Assembly: GCA_032718475.1 (NCBI GenBank)
Contig: JAUCBJ010008609.1
Coordinates: forward strand, 1 to 49,850
From: Nemertoderma westbladi
Taxonomy: Eukaryota > Animalia > Xenacoelomorpha
Length of the DNA: 49,850 nt
Direction of reading: 5' to 3'
Shown: positions 24,886 to 38,949 of the stretch, one piece after another
Layout of the letters: every line of letters starts with the position of its first letter
How positions within the stretch are numbered: the first letter of the stretch is position 1
Translations under genes and position numbers: made by a program
The notes under the pieces: model-generated
What the model saw: only the letters and a program-made list of their open reading frames with translations
What the model was told of the DNA's origin: nothing
Databases searched by the model: none

Positions 24886-25032
24886 TCTATAGTATATATT
24901 TTCAGTCAGTCTATTGCAGTAAGCGGGTTAGTGAAGGAGCAGTTTGCATTGCAGGTTAAACAAACCAAAATAATAATATAATATAATATCTATGGGAAGT
25001 TGAGACGAAAGTTATTTAGTTTCATAAGTACT

Positions 25033-25832
25033 GTACGGTCTGAAAACGTACTTCTTGGTAAAGTTAACCCCGTGACCCAAGAGTACGGTCTGAAAACGTA
25101 CTTCTTGGTAAAGTTAACCCCGTGACCCAAGAGTACGGTCTGAAAACGTACTTCTTGGTAAAGTTAACCCCGTGACCCAAGAGTACGGTCTGAAAACGTA
25201 CTTCTTGGTAAAGTTAACCCCGTGACCCAAGAGTACGGTCTGAAAACGTACTTCTTGGTAAAGTTAACCCCGTGACCCAAGAGTACGGTCTGAAAACGTA
25301 CTTCTTGGTAAAGTTAACCCCGTGACCCAAGAGTACGGTCTGAAAACGTACTTATTGGTAAAGTTAACCCCGTGACCCAAGAGTACGGTCTGAAAACGTA
25401 CTTCTTGGTAAAGTTAACCCCGTGACCCAAGAGTACGGTCTGAAAACGTACTTCTTGGTAAAGTTAACCCCGTGACCCAAGAGTACGGTCTGAAAACGTA
25501 CTTCTTGTTAAAGTTAACCCCGTGACCCAAGAGTACGGTCTGAAAACGTACTTCTTGGTAAAGTTAACCCCGTGACCCAAGAGTACGGTCTGAAAACGTA
25601 CTTCTTGGTAAAGTTAACCCCGTGACCCAAGAGTACGGTCTGAAAACGTACTTCTTGGTAAAGTTAACCCCGTGACCCAAGAGTACGGTCTGAAAACGTA
25701 CTTCTTGTTAAAGTTAACCCCGTGACCCAAGAGTACGGTCTGAAAACGTACTTCTTGGTAAAGTTAACCCCGTGACCCAAGAGTACGGTCTGAAAACGTA
25801 CTTCTTGGTAAAGTTAATCCCGTGACCCAAGA
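25033..25832. repeat. 50-bp tandem repeat, 16 copies
   Basis: GTACGGTCTGAAAACGTACTTCTTGGTAAAGTTAACCCCGTGACCCAAGA, nearly invariant, no spacers. Confidence 0.97.
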
Positions 25833-26761
25833 TTGATCCTCATAATAAAACATATTACGTAAAATTGTAATAAATTTAATTAAAATTTAATAGTAACTAT
25901 AATATTGGAACGGTTTAATATCATATGAAACTATATTATGTAATACATTACTGTACAATCTATACCGGAAATTGTTTAATAAGCAAACACTATCGCCTAA
26001 AAGGAGTCAGCTGTCGGGCACACAATATCCATTAAGTCGCTAACCCTGATATACCTGAGTACCCAGCAAACTGGAGGGAACTAAAAGTATCTTGGTTCTT
26101 CTAGATAATACCCGAAAATAAATTTGTAACTAATATGGTATCTTTTTATTATACATTGTCTACATTAAACCAATTAGTAAATAAATCATCTCTACAGAAC
26201 AGCACATAAATGGTGGCAAATACAGAACATAAATCGCCTTTAGATCTTAATATCCAACGTAAAATGTAGATCCAATAATACAAAACGGGAGATAAAAATC
26301 CACAATTAAGAATTCTGTAACTCACGATGTTTATTTAACAAATAAGATTTGGGGGGGGGGGGGGGGGGGGGAGGGGGGCCACTCAGATGGCAATGTCGCA
26401 AAGTTACTTAGTAACATTAAAATAATAACAGTAAACAATATGAGAGCAGAAAAATACCGTCAACGCTTAAAGCAAGTTGGTCACTGATGTAGACGGGAGG
26501 TTTAGCCAGTTCACGACACATAATGATTTGAACAGTCATGGTGGACAGCCAATGACATTCCTTTGCAAAGTCGGACACTGCAAAATCCCATGAACTTAGA
26601 TAAAAGCTCCGAACTTGGCAACTGTCTGACCTATAGATTAGGCTTGCTCTGTTTCGAGTATGCCGACATTGTACTGAAGGGCAGGCCGATCATGTCAAAC
26701 AGTTCAATAAGTTTTTATATTATAAAATTAATTAAATGAAATAAATGCTAGATTAGTTTAA

Positions 26762-27505
26762 GGTTGTAGGGTACCCTAGGGTTTTCTTAATATTAACTAT
26801 TAAACAAAATGTACCTTTCTGAGAGAACTGGTAAATAAAATTTCCTTAAATTTTGCAGGTAGCTGTATCACCCATTCAAGAGCAAAACAAAAAAAATTAA
26901 ACAATTTTAACAATTTTTTGTTCAAGGCAATTTTTGTAAACAATGCCCGGTTTTAACAAAAAATCGAAATTTCAACAACTGTTTTTTTAATAAATTCTTA
27001 AGAAAGCACCCAACCAACAAAATTCTAGTCATGCTAGGCCAATCGTTGTTGTGAACATTTCCTGAGATTTCATCCAGTAGTTCCTCAGAGAAGTGTACCT
27101 TTGTGTCTAAAAAAAAACACAAAAAATTACTTTTCGAGAAAAAGACATTCAAAGTTTTCAAAGCTTCCCGCCATTTTTTATAAAAAACGAGGGATTATTC
27201 AAACTGGTTGTAAAAATTAAATAAGTACACCACCTACCTAAAGATTCCGATATAGGGGTTTTCTTGGTCGGTGATTTAATTTCTGATGTCAGTTTTTGAG
27301 TTTGACCAAATCTAGACTGTCTGTCTGTCGGTCTGTCAGTTTTGATAGACTTTTCAGACAGACATTTGGGCACCTTAGGCTTATCCTATGGCTATAAAAA
27401 CCCGATTTCTGCAATCTTAGAAAAATTTTGATCTTAAATAATCGAAAAAAAAATTTCAAAATTGTTTTTTTTCAAATATTGTTAGGGTACCCTACAACTA
27501 CAACC
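26762..27505. mobile_element. TIR element starting after TTAA (Kolobok-like MITE)
   Basis: TTAA-GGTTGTAGGGTACCCTA on the left and TAGGGTACCCTACAAC(TACAAC)C-TTAC on the right, with an internal (CTGT)n tract. Confidence 0.65.
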
Positions 27506-29540
27506 TTACAAACATAAGAAGTTTTAACAAAATACCGTGGGAAAATATTACCGGTATCATGTTTGGAATCATTAGCAATTATTGTTGGCCGTCAATAAAT
27601 TATTTAACGCAAGAGGAGTAATTCCAACATATCGAGAGGAGTAATTCCAACATATCATGATAGTTTGTGAAATAGGGGGTGGGGTGGTGGGTGGGGTTAC
27701 ATAGCAACGATAAACCTCCAGTTTCGAGGTTATTGCATTTATTAAGGAGATACACATCCCGGGCTCCACTAACTTTCGGGGTTATTGACAATTTGCATAG
27801 ATGGCAAATAATACAGCCTCCCCATGAGGTACTACATAATTTCAGCTATAAGAAAACAGCGAAAAATTTATTTAATTCTTAATTTAGTTAAATATTATGA
27901 AAAATGGCCATTAATAAAGAAGCAAAGTGTTTCTAAAACGTTACGAATAAAATTAATTAAAAACCATACAATTAAAATAAGTATTACAGGGAATTATCAG
28001 TTGCAACTCAAGTAATATCAGTTAGATAGTAAACCATGTTAGAAAGCAGAAGTGGATTGCATCTGTTGGCTAGGCAACACATTAACACCATTAACATTAC
28101 ACCACAAGAGCTGTACCAGCTAGATTTTATAATATTGTGGTGCTGTAATTATTTATATCATCGGGAGACAACATCAACAATTTTATATTTATTTGACTTA
28201 GTTAAATATATTGGTGCAAAATGAATTATTTATTTACTTTATGGTTCCAAATGTTTTGGAAATTACAGTCTCTTAATTGATAAGTTAGTTATTGGGAAAC
28301 TCTTGGTCAATGATGTAGGGAATGGTTTTCTATTTCCAATTTAGGAATTATTTAAAAATGAAATCGTATCAATTTTACAGGTCAACATTACGTGACCAAA
28401 GAGCCAGAACAACACTCACCAAAAAATGTGGTTTCGAGAAAAATGCAAAAAACCTTCTCAATTCCCTCTATGTGGATCCCGTCTCCTGATTTTTTCGACA
28501 GAGGTCAGGGAAGATACAGTGATACATTTTATAATAGTGGCTAGCATTCAGAATAAATTTTGTTAATAAAAAAAACTGTTTTTTTCGTTATTTTCCAAAG
28601 AGGCAAAACAACACATACTGAAATTTAACATTAACTCTAGTCTGTGTGTGTTGTTTTACCATTAGGATTTTATCACAGAAACAGATGAACAACTCACGTC
28701 AATCCTCGACTATTGAACGGTGTTTTTCCTTGTAATGTATGATAGATATTTAAATGTCGCGTCGGAATGTTTCCCTATGACGTCATTGGTATACCTAGAT
28801 AAATTTGGACTAGGATCATCCTCATCGTCACTATAACTAGATGACGGAATATAATTTAACTCTGTAAACTCCAAGTCATCAATGTACTCAATTTGTACAT
28901 CGACATCACCTACTGGTGAATTCTCAACTGAGCACTACTCTATAAATCCCTACTCCGATAATAACTCATTTGAAAGCAAGTAATTATATTAATTTAGACT
29001 TGATTCAATACTAACATTATTTAAAAATCAAATAGATTATGACAGAAGTATCATTTTCGTTGACTTGTTTTTAGGCCGTAAAGGCTCACCATTAGATCCT
29101 ATAAACGACATTACTGTACCGGTAATCTACATTTACCACTTAAATCGCGTCAGGTAGTGTGGAATAGTTCATATTAATCAACTTTGAGGCTAATTTAAAT
29201 ACATAATATTCCAGACAAATTTGGCTTTTTTTGATTCGTTTACAATATACAGGAGTTGTCATACATTGCATTGTGTGGTGTGGGTTCTTTTGCTTCGAGG
29301 TATGTGTTGTTTTACCTCTAACAGTTTTCAACTTTTATGTTGTGAGGGTTGTTCTGGTTTTCCATATATCCTAAACGGACTGACATACAAGTCTAGGATT
29401 TAAACATAAGATATAGAACGCCATCTTGAGTAATTTTGGTGAAAATTTTTTGTTTAAAAATTGTGGTGGTATGTGTTGTTCTGGCTCTATGGTCACGATT
29501 ATATCGTTTATTCTTTATAGATATTATTTGCCATGACATA

Positions 29541-32500
29541 CCAACTGTTTCACAAATTCCCATACTTTCCCAACTGTTTCACAAATTCCCATACTTTCCC
29601 AACTGTTTCACAAATTCCCATACTTTCCCAACTGTTTCACAAATTCCCATACTTTCCCAACTGTTTCACAAATTCCCATACTTTCCCAACTGTTTTACAA
29701 ATTCCCATACTTTCCCAACTGTTTCACAAATTCCCATACTTTCCCAACTGTTTCACAAATTCCCATACTTTCCCAACTGTTTCACAATTTCCCATACTTT
29801 CCCAACTGTTTCACAAATTCCCATACTTTCCCAACTGTTTCACAAATTCCCATACTTTCCCAACTGTTTCACAAATTCCCATACTTTCCCAACTGTTTCA
29901 CAAATTCCCAACTGTTTCAAAAATTCCCATACTTTCCCAACTGTTTCACAAATTCCCATACTTTCCCAACTGTTTCAAAAAATTACCATACTTTCCCAAC
30001 TGTTTCACAAATTCCCATACAATCCCAACTGTTTCACAAATTCCCATACTTTACCAACTGTTTCACAAATTCCCATACTTTCCCAACTGTTTCACAAATT
30101 CCCATACTTTCCCAACTGTTTCACAAATTCCCAACTGTTTCACAAATTCCCAACTGTTTCACAAATTCCCATACTTTCCCAACTGTTTCACAAATTCCCA
30201 TACTTTCCCAACTGTTTCACAAATTCCCATACTTTACCAACTGTTTCACAAATTCCCATACTTTCCCAACTGTTTCACAAATTCCCATACTTTCCCAACT
30301 GTTTCACAAATTCCCAACTGTTTCACAAATTCCCAACTGTTTCACAAATTCCCATACTTTCCCAACTGTTTCACAAATTCCCAACTGTTTCACAAATTCC
30401 CAACTGTTTCACAAATTCCCATACTTTACCAACTGTTTCACAAATTCCCACACTTTCCCAACTGTTTCACAAATTCCCATACTTTCCCAACTGTTTCACA
30501 AATTCCCAACTGTTTCACAAATTCCCATACTTTCCCAACTGTTTCACAAATTCCCATACTTTCCCAACTGTTTCACAAATTCCCCACTGTTTTACAAATT
30601 CCCAACTGTTTCACAAATTCCCATACTTTCCCAACTGTTTCACAAATTCCCATACTTTCCCAACTGTTTCACAAATTCCCAACTGTTTCACAAATTCCCA
30701 ACTGTTTCACAAATTCCCATACTTTCCCAACTGTTTCACAAATTCCCATACTTTCCCAACTGTTTCACAAATTCCCATACTGTCCCAACTGTTTCACAAA
30801 TTCCCAACTGTTTCACAAATTCCCAACTGTTTCACAAATTCCCAACTGTTTCACAAATTCCCAACTGTTTCACAAATTCCCATACTTTCCCAACTGTTTC
30901 ACAAATTCCCATACTTTCCCAACTGTTTCACAAATTCCCATACTTTCCCAACTGTTTCACAAATTCCCAACTGTTTCACAAATTCCCATACTTTCCCAAC
31001 TGTTTCACAAATTCCCATACTTTCCCAACTGTTTCACAAATTCCCATACTTTCCCAAATGTTTCACAAATTCCTATACTTTCCCAACTGTTTCACAAATT
31101 CCCATACTTTCCCAACTGTTTCACAAATTCCCATACTTTCCCAACTGTTTCACAAATTCCCATACTTTCCCAACTGTTGCACTAATTCCCATACTTTCCC
31201 AACTGTTTCACATATTCCCATACTTTCCCAACTGTTTCACAAATTCCCATACTTTCCCAACTGTTTCACAAATTCCCATACTTTCCCAACTGTTTCACAA
31301 ATTCCCATACTTTCCCAACTGTTTCACAAATTCCCATACTTTCCCAACTGTTTCACAAATTCCCATACTTTCCCAACTGTTTCACAAATTCCCATACTTT
31401 CCCAACTGTTTCACAAATTCCCATACTTTCCCAACTGTTTCACAAATTCCCATACTTTCCCAACTGTATCACAAATTCCCACACTTTCCCAACTGTTTCA
31501 CAAATTCCCATACTTTCCCAACTGTTTCACAAATTCCCATACTTTCCCAACTGTTTCACAAATTCCCAACTGTTTCACAAATTCCCATACTTTCCAACTG
31601 TTTCACAAATTCCCATACTTTCCAACTGTTTCACAAATTCCCATACTTTCCCAACTGCTTCACAAATTCCCATACTTTCCCAACTGTTTCACAAATTCCC
31701 ATACTTTCCTAACTGTTTCACAAATTCCCATACTCTCCCAACTGTTTCACAAATTCCCATACTTTCCCAACTGTTTCACAAATTCCCATACTTTCCCAAA
31801 TGTTTCACAAATTCCCAACTGTTTCACAAATTCCCATACTTTCCCAACTGTTTCACAAATTCCCATACTTTCCCAACTGTTTCACAAATTCCCATACTTT
31901 CCCAACTGTTTCACAAATTCCCATACTTTCCCAACTGTTTCAAAAATTCCCATACTTTCCCAACTGTTTCACAAATTCCCATATTTTCCCAACTGTTTCA
32001 CAAATTCCCATACTTTCCCAACTGTTTCACAAATTCCCATACTTTCCCAACTGTTTCACAAATTCCCATACTTTACCAACTGTTTCACAAATTCCCATAC
32101 TTTCCCAACTGTTTCACAAATTCCCATACTTTCCCAACTGTTTCACAAATTCCCAACTGTTTCACAAATTCCCATACTTTCCCAACTGTTTCACAAATTC
32201 CCATACTTTACCAACTGTTTCACAAATTCCCATACTTTCCCAACTGTTTCACAAATTCCCATACTTTCCCAACTGTTTCACAAATTCCCATACTTTCCCA
32301 ACTGTTTCACAATTTCCCATACTTTCCCAACTGTTTCACAAATTCCCATACTTTCCCAACTGTTTCACAAATTCCCATACTTTCCCAACTGTTTCACAAA
32401 TTCCCATACTTTCCCAACTGTTTCACAAATTCCCAACTGTTTCAAAAATTCCCATACTTTCCCAACTGTTTCACAAATTCCCATACTTTCCCAACTGTTT

Positions 32501-35372
32501 CAAAAAATTCCCATACTTTCCCAACTGTTTCACAAATTCCCATACTTTCCCAACTGTTTCACAAATTCCCATACTTTACCAACTGTTTCACAAATTCCCA
32601 TACTTTCCCAACTGTTTCACAAATTCCCATACTTTCCCAACTGTTTCACAAATTCCCAACTGTTTCACAAATTCCCAACTGTTTCACAAATTCCCATACT
32701 TTCCCAACTGTTTCACAAATTCCCATACTTTCCCAACTGTTTCACAAATTCCCATACTTTACCAACTGTTTCACAAATTCCCATACTTTCCCAACTGTTT
32801 CACAAATTCCCATACTTTCCCAACTGTTTCACAAATTCCCAACTGTTTCACAAATTCCCAACTGTTTCACAAATTCCCATACTTTCCCAACTGTTTCACA
32901 AATTCCCAACTGTTTCACAAATTCCCAACTGTTTCACAAATTCCCATACTTTACCAACTGTTTCACAAATTCCCATACTTTCCCAACTGTTTCACATATT
33001 CCCATACTTTCCCAACTGTTTCACAAATTCCCAACTGTTTCACAAATTCCCAACTGTTTCACAAATTCCCATACTTTCCCAACTGTTTCACAAATTCCCA
33101 TACTTTCCCAACTGTTTCACAAATTCCCCACTGTTTTACAAATTCCCAACTGTTTCACAAATTCCCATACTTTCCCAACTGTTTCACAAATTCCCATACT
33201 TTCCCAACTGTTTCACAAATTCCCAACTGTTTCACAAATTCCCAACTGTTTCACAAATTCCCATACTTTCCCAACTGTTTCACAAATTCCCATACTTTCC
33301 CAACTGTTTCACAAATTCCCATACTGTCCCAACTGTTTCACAAATTCCCAACTGTTTCACAAATTCCCAACTGTTTCACAAATTCCCAACTGTTTCACAA
33401 ATTCCCAACTGTTTCACAAATTCCCAACTGTTTCACAAATTCCCATACTTTCCCAACTGTTTCACAAATTCCCATACTTTCCCAACTGTTTCACAAATTC
33501 CCATACTTTCCCAACTGTTTCACAAATTCCCAACTGTTTCACAAATTCCCATACTTTCCCAACTGTTTCACAAATTCCCATACTTTCCCAACTGTTTCAC
33601 AAATTCCCATACTTTCCCAACTGTTTCACAAATTCCTATACTTTCCCAACTGTTTCACAAATTCCCATACTTTCCCAACTGTTTCACAAATTCCCAACTG
33701 TTTCACAAATTCCCATACTTTCCCAACTGTTTCACAAATTCCCATACTTTCCCAACTGTTGCACAAATTCCCATACTTTCCCAACTGTTTCACATATTCC
33801 CATACTTTCCCAACTGTTTCACAAATTCCCATACTTTCCCAACTGTTTCACAAATTCCCATACTTTCCCAACTGTTTCACAAATTCCCATACTTTCCCAA
33901 CTGTTTCACAAATTCCCATACTTTCCCAACTGTTTCACAAATTCCCATACTTTCCCAACTGTTTCACAAATTCCCATACTTTCCCAACTGTTTCACAAAT
34001 TCCCATACTTTCCCAACTGTTTCACAAATTCCCATACTTTCCCAACTGTATCACAAATTCCCACACTTTCCCAACTGTTTCACAAATTCCCATACTTTCC
34101 CAACTGTTTCACAAATTCCCATACTTTCCCAACTGTTTCACAAATTCCCATACTTTCCCAACTGTTTCACAAATTCCCAACTGTTTCACAAATTCCCATA
34201 CTTTCCAACTGTTTCACAAATTCCCATACTTTCCCAACTGCTTCACAAATTCCCATACTTTCCCAACTGTTTCACAAATCCCATACTTTCCTAACTGTTT
34301 CACAAATTCCCATACTCTCCCAACTGTTTCACAAATTCCCATACTTTCCCAACTGTTTCACAAATTCCCATACTTTCCCAAATGTTTCACAAATTCCCAA
34401 CTGTTTCACAAATTCCCATACTTTCCCAACTGTTTCACAAATTCCCATACTTTCCCAACTGTTTCACAAATTCCCATACTTTCCCAACTGTTTCAAAAAT
34501 TCCCAACTGTTTCAAAAATTCCCATACTTTCCCAACTGTTTCACAAATTCCCATATTTTCCCAACTGTTTCACAAATTCCCATACTTTCCCAACTGTTTC
34601 ACAAATTCCCATACTTTCCCAACTGTTTCACAAATTCCCATACTTTACCAACTGTTTCACAAATTCCCATACTTTCCCAACTGTTTCACAAATTCCCATA
34701 CTTTCCCAACTGTTTCACAAATTCCCAACTGTTTCACAAATTCCCATACTTTCCCAACTGTTTCACAAATTCCCATACTTTCCCAACTGTTTCACAAATT
34801 CCCATACTTTACCAACTGTTTCACAAATTCCCATACTTTCCCAACTGTTTCACAAATTCCCATACTTTCCCAACTGTTTCACAAATTCCCAACTGTTTCA
34901 CAAATTCCCAACTGTTTCACAAATTCCCATACTTTCCCAACTGTTTCACAAATTCCCAACTGTTTCACAAATTCCCAACTGTTTCACAAATTCCCATACT
35001 TTACCAACTGTTTCACAAATTCCCATACTTTCCCAACTGTTTCACAAATTCCCATACTTTCCCAACTGTTTCACAAATTCCCAACTGTTTCACAAATTAC
35101 CAACTGTTTCACAAATTCCCAACTGTTTCACAAATTCCCATACTTTCCCATCTGTTTCACAAATTCCCATACTTTCCCAACTGTTTCACAAATTCCCAAC
35201 TGTTTCACAAATTCCCAACTGTTTCACAAATTCCCATACTTTCCCAACTGTTTCACAAATTCCCATACTTTCCCAACTGTTTCACAAATTCCCAACTGTT
35301 TCACAAATTCCCAACTGTTTCACAAATTCCCATACTTTCCCAACTGTTTCACAAATTCCCATACTTTCCCAT
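29541..35372. repeat. 29/19-bp satellite (CCAACTGTTTCACAAATTC[CCATACTTTC])n, 5.8 kb
   Basis: Tandem 29-bp units mixed with 19-bp deletion units. It is the source of the 348-1246 aa spurious ORFs. Confidence 0.98.
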
Positions 35373-37126
35373 ATGAGTGGCCGCCCATCACGAGATTCCT
35401 TCGTTCTCAAACCAGTTTATTATTATAGATATTATATATTATATATATATATTATTATAGATATTCTTGCAATTACACAACACTTACACGTACTTATTAT
35501 TTTTAATTTTGATATTGCGCTTGGACGATATTTAGGATAACGAAAATATATTACGGAATTATTAATATTATAAACTTAAATAACATTTTTTTTAACTAGC
35601 ACCCGGCTATTTACCTACAAAACAATTCGCAATAAAAAACGCACCAGAAACTGGCCTTCCCAATAAGCGCACTCTAGGCAATAAACAAACCAACTAAGTG
35701 AAATAAAGTATATTCGAGGTATATAAAGTAATGTCGATCTAACAATTAACAACTATAAATATACACGGTCTGCACCTAAAGTGGGGGATCTTTTCCAATT
35801 GGTTAACTTTTCTGTTCGAACAGCCAATCGTATCGCGCAGATAATTTACGCATACAAAACATTGCGCAAACTAGCGGGACTCACGAGAACTCGATATCCT
35901 CGTCTTTGACTCTAATGAATGCCGATTCATCATCGTAATCGACCTAAATAATAAAATATAATCAACGATGACGTCATAATTCCAAAGTTAGGCAAATACA
36001 TATTCGCGAGCGGAATATTTGCAAAGTGATGTCGAATTTCGTTTTAAAATGTTTTTCTCTCATTTTCTCTTTCTCTCTCTTTTCTCTCCATTTTTCAGAT
36101 TTGGGGGGAAACTAGGCGCAATAAAAATTCACCGCTCTCCAGGGGAAATTCTCGACGCAAATAACAGCTGATTATTTTCAAAAATATAATTATAACCTGT
36201 AGATTATTTTGGTTAAAATAACGTGCCAATGTAACCTACTCCTTTCCCTAAATTGAGAATTTAACATTAAGGCGGGATATTAATTCGCCAAAAGGTGAGA
36301 TTTGATTCCAGTCCCCCCCCCCCCCCCCACCCCCCCGTCTCCCATTTTTATAAGTGAGATATATAATCAATACTGATACAAATGGTTACAATATTACGGC
36401 AGCAGAGCAAGGTCCAAATGATATTATGTCTGTATTAAATTATACCAATATTAAACGTGAACAGTAATAACGATTATTCAATTATTTATATCCGATATAA
36501 ATATGGGAATATTCTGCCCTCGTGTGCTGAGTTCCCCATTACAATTAATCAACATTGTTGGTTTTTGTCAGTGGAAGTAACTAGTTCAACAATGGGCCCT
36601 TCGCACAAAACTATTTACTGAGTTCAATTAATTATAAAGCTTACTCAGCGTTGGTGCCAATATCCTATTAGTATTATGTGGTAAATATTTATAAGGCAGC
36701 TTCATTCGTTTCAAAATGGCAATCGAAAGTTAAATTTGGTGAGTTTAATGAAAGAGGGAGATTTAAAAACCAAATGAAACCATCAACAAAATGACCGATC
36801 GATGGTAAATTCTTTCAGTTTCAAGAAACATTTTCAAGCTTTCATTCGGTATGACCGGCGGTGACCAGAGCTCATTATTTTGCAGCAATTTTTATGCAAT
36901 TTCTAATGCATATTTCAAGGAATATTTCTTATGATCTATATATTTATTTATACTTTAACAAATGCGGTTTCCCAATACCCTCAGGATAATGTCTCTGTAA
37001 CATAATTTTCATTTTTTTATTTAAATTGATTTATACATTTTATTTAAATTTGTTCCATTTATCATACTAAGTACCTTAAACAAGATTAGCACAGCTGCCA
37101 AATAACTTTTTCTACAACTGTAGGTA

Positions 37127-38949
37127 CTAGACTAGGATCGGCATGCTGCATTGAGGTTGCATTTTTAAGACTGCTGTGCCGGCTTGTCGACAAAATTGCG
37201 CCACCACAACTCCCTATCACCCATGACATTTGCTAGATCACCGCATCTTCAAGGCCAGTGTCCTTTAAGATGCGTCTCAAGAAAGTCATGGGCTGTCCAC
37301 CATGCTTATTCACTCCGTGAGGCTGCCAAAGTACAAGATTATGCACTGGCTGGTCCTCACGGCGAAAGCAATGTCCTGCAAAGCGGAGGCGATTCTGTTC
37401 TAGTGTCAAGCTTGGGGGAACCAATGAGACACCTCCAATGTTATATAGTGTCTGGTTGGAGATGTGTGCATTGTACTTGACACAATGAACCCGGCGTAGC
37501 ATTCTTGTGAATGTGCCATCCAGAGATTTGGTGTCCTCAGCAGTTAGAGCCCAGCATGGACTCCCATGGAGGAGTACTGTAACTACTGCTGCTCTAAATA
37601 ATCGGACCTTAAGTTTCCGATTAATTCTCGGTGACTTCCAAATCCTGGAAAGCCTATTCAAGGCTGCCCATGCCTTTCTCTTACGTATTTCTCTTACTTC
37701 CTGATCCATGATCCCAGGTAACAGAAGTCGTCCACATGCTCAAGCATACCATCCTTTGAGCTTATGCTCATCCGATCAGAGATTTGCTGAGGACTTTCAA
37801 AGTTAATTGTCAAAATTTTGGTCTTTCTAGAGTTAATAAAAAGACCAACACTAGAAGCAGCACGTTCTAATGAGCTGAGGAGCCGTTGGGCTCCCTCTAG
37901 TGATTCTGAGAGTACTCCTAAGTCATCAGCAAAGTCTAGATCAGTTAGGCACTTGGCAGGATTTCCTCGACTTCTGGAGCCAGTAGGTGGAGTTACCATC
38001 ACCCCATCATCATTATGATGATCTAAGGACATGCGTAGAACATAGTCAACCACAATTATGAACAATAATGGTGCAAGTGTGTCTCCCTGGAGGACGCCCC
38101 ATAACACTTCAAATGGTTCTGTGTCACCATCAACAGTAGACACAAATGTTATCGAACCATCGTATACTGATCTGATTGCTGCAATAATTTCATCAGGAAT
38201 CCCATATAATGAAAGTATGCTGAACATACGTGAGCGAGAGACTGAATCAAAGGCCTTGAAGAAGTCAACAAAGATAACAGCCAGATGCCTGTCTTCCTTT
38301 TTTGATAACTCTTCAATTATCTAAGTTTATTCTAAGTGCCAAAATGGGCTCCATGGTCCCACGACCTTTACGGAACCCATTCTGATTTCCACGGAGCAGT
38401 CTCTCAATGGGATCCCTGATGCGATTTAATAGAATTCTATTGTATAGCTTTGCAACAATCGAGATCAATGAGATTCCCCGAAAAGAACCATAGAGTGTTA
38501 GGTTGCCCTTCTTGGGAACTGGCACCAACTTATTTGTTTTCATTTCTTGTGGGACTCTTGTTGTTCGGTACATGTCTACTATGATGGGATAGATGAGCTT
38601 TAAACACTCAGGTATTTTAAAGACCTCAGGGGGAACACCATCTACTCCACTGGCACGATTGGTCTTAATGCTCTTTGCAGCAGCCTTCACTTCTGCAAAG
38701 GAGATATCACCAATGGGAATATCTGGGAGTACAGACTCAGACACTTTTACTTCTATAAAGCTATCAGGCAGCCTTCCAACCATTGAGGCTGGTGATTCAG
38801 CCTTAACCTTGGTGGTTGGTTGGCTTTTCCGCCCAGTAAGCAAGTTGATCGATTTCCATGCCTGGGATGATTGCCTGCTGTCGTCAGCATCATTGATGGC
38901 ATCAACCTGTTGGTTTATTAGCTCCTGTAGATTAACAGAGTACTGATAA
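37127..38949 (-). mobile_element. 5'-truncated, frameshifted RTE-like LINE (reverse transcriptase)
   Basis: RT motifs PVPKKGNL, QNGFRKGRGT, GVLQGDTLAPLLF, DLDFADD, YLGSWI and RLRFAGHC spread over three frames. TAG-type tail. Degenerate flanking direct repeat AAATAAC...ACTGTAGGTA (37100-37126 / 38981-39004). Confidence 0.92.

Noticed and set aside
25033-25832. CRISPR-like regular array (also 309-1268 and 42528-43409)
   Set aside because: There are no unique spacers and no cas genes, and the context is eukaryotic with spliced genes.
29436-35540. Very long ORFs (348-1246 aa)
   Set aside because: They are translations of a stop-free satellite strand, open in all three frames with periodic peptides.
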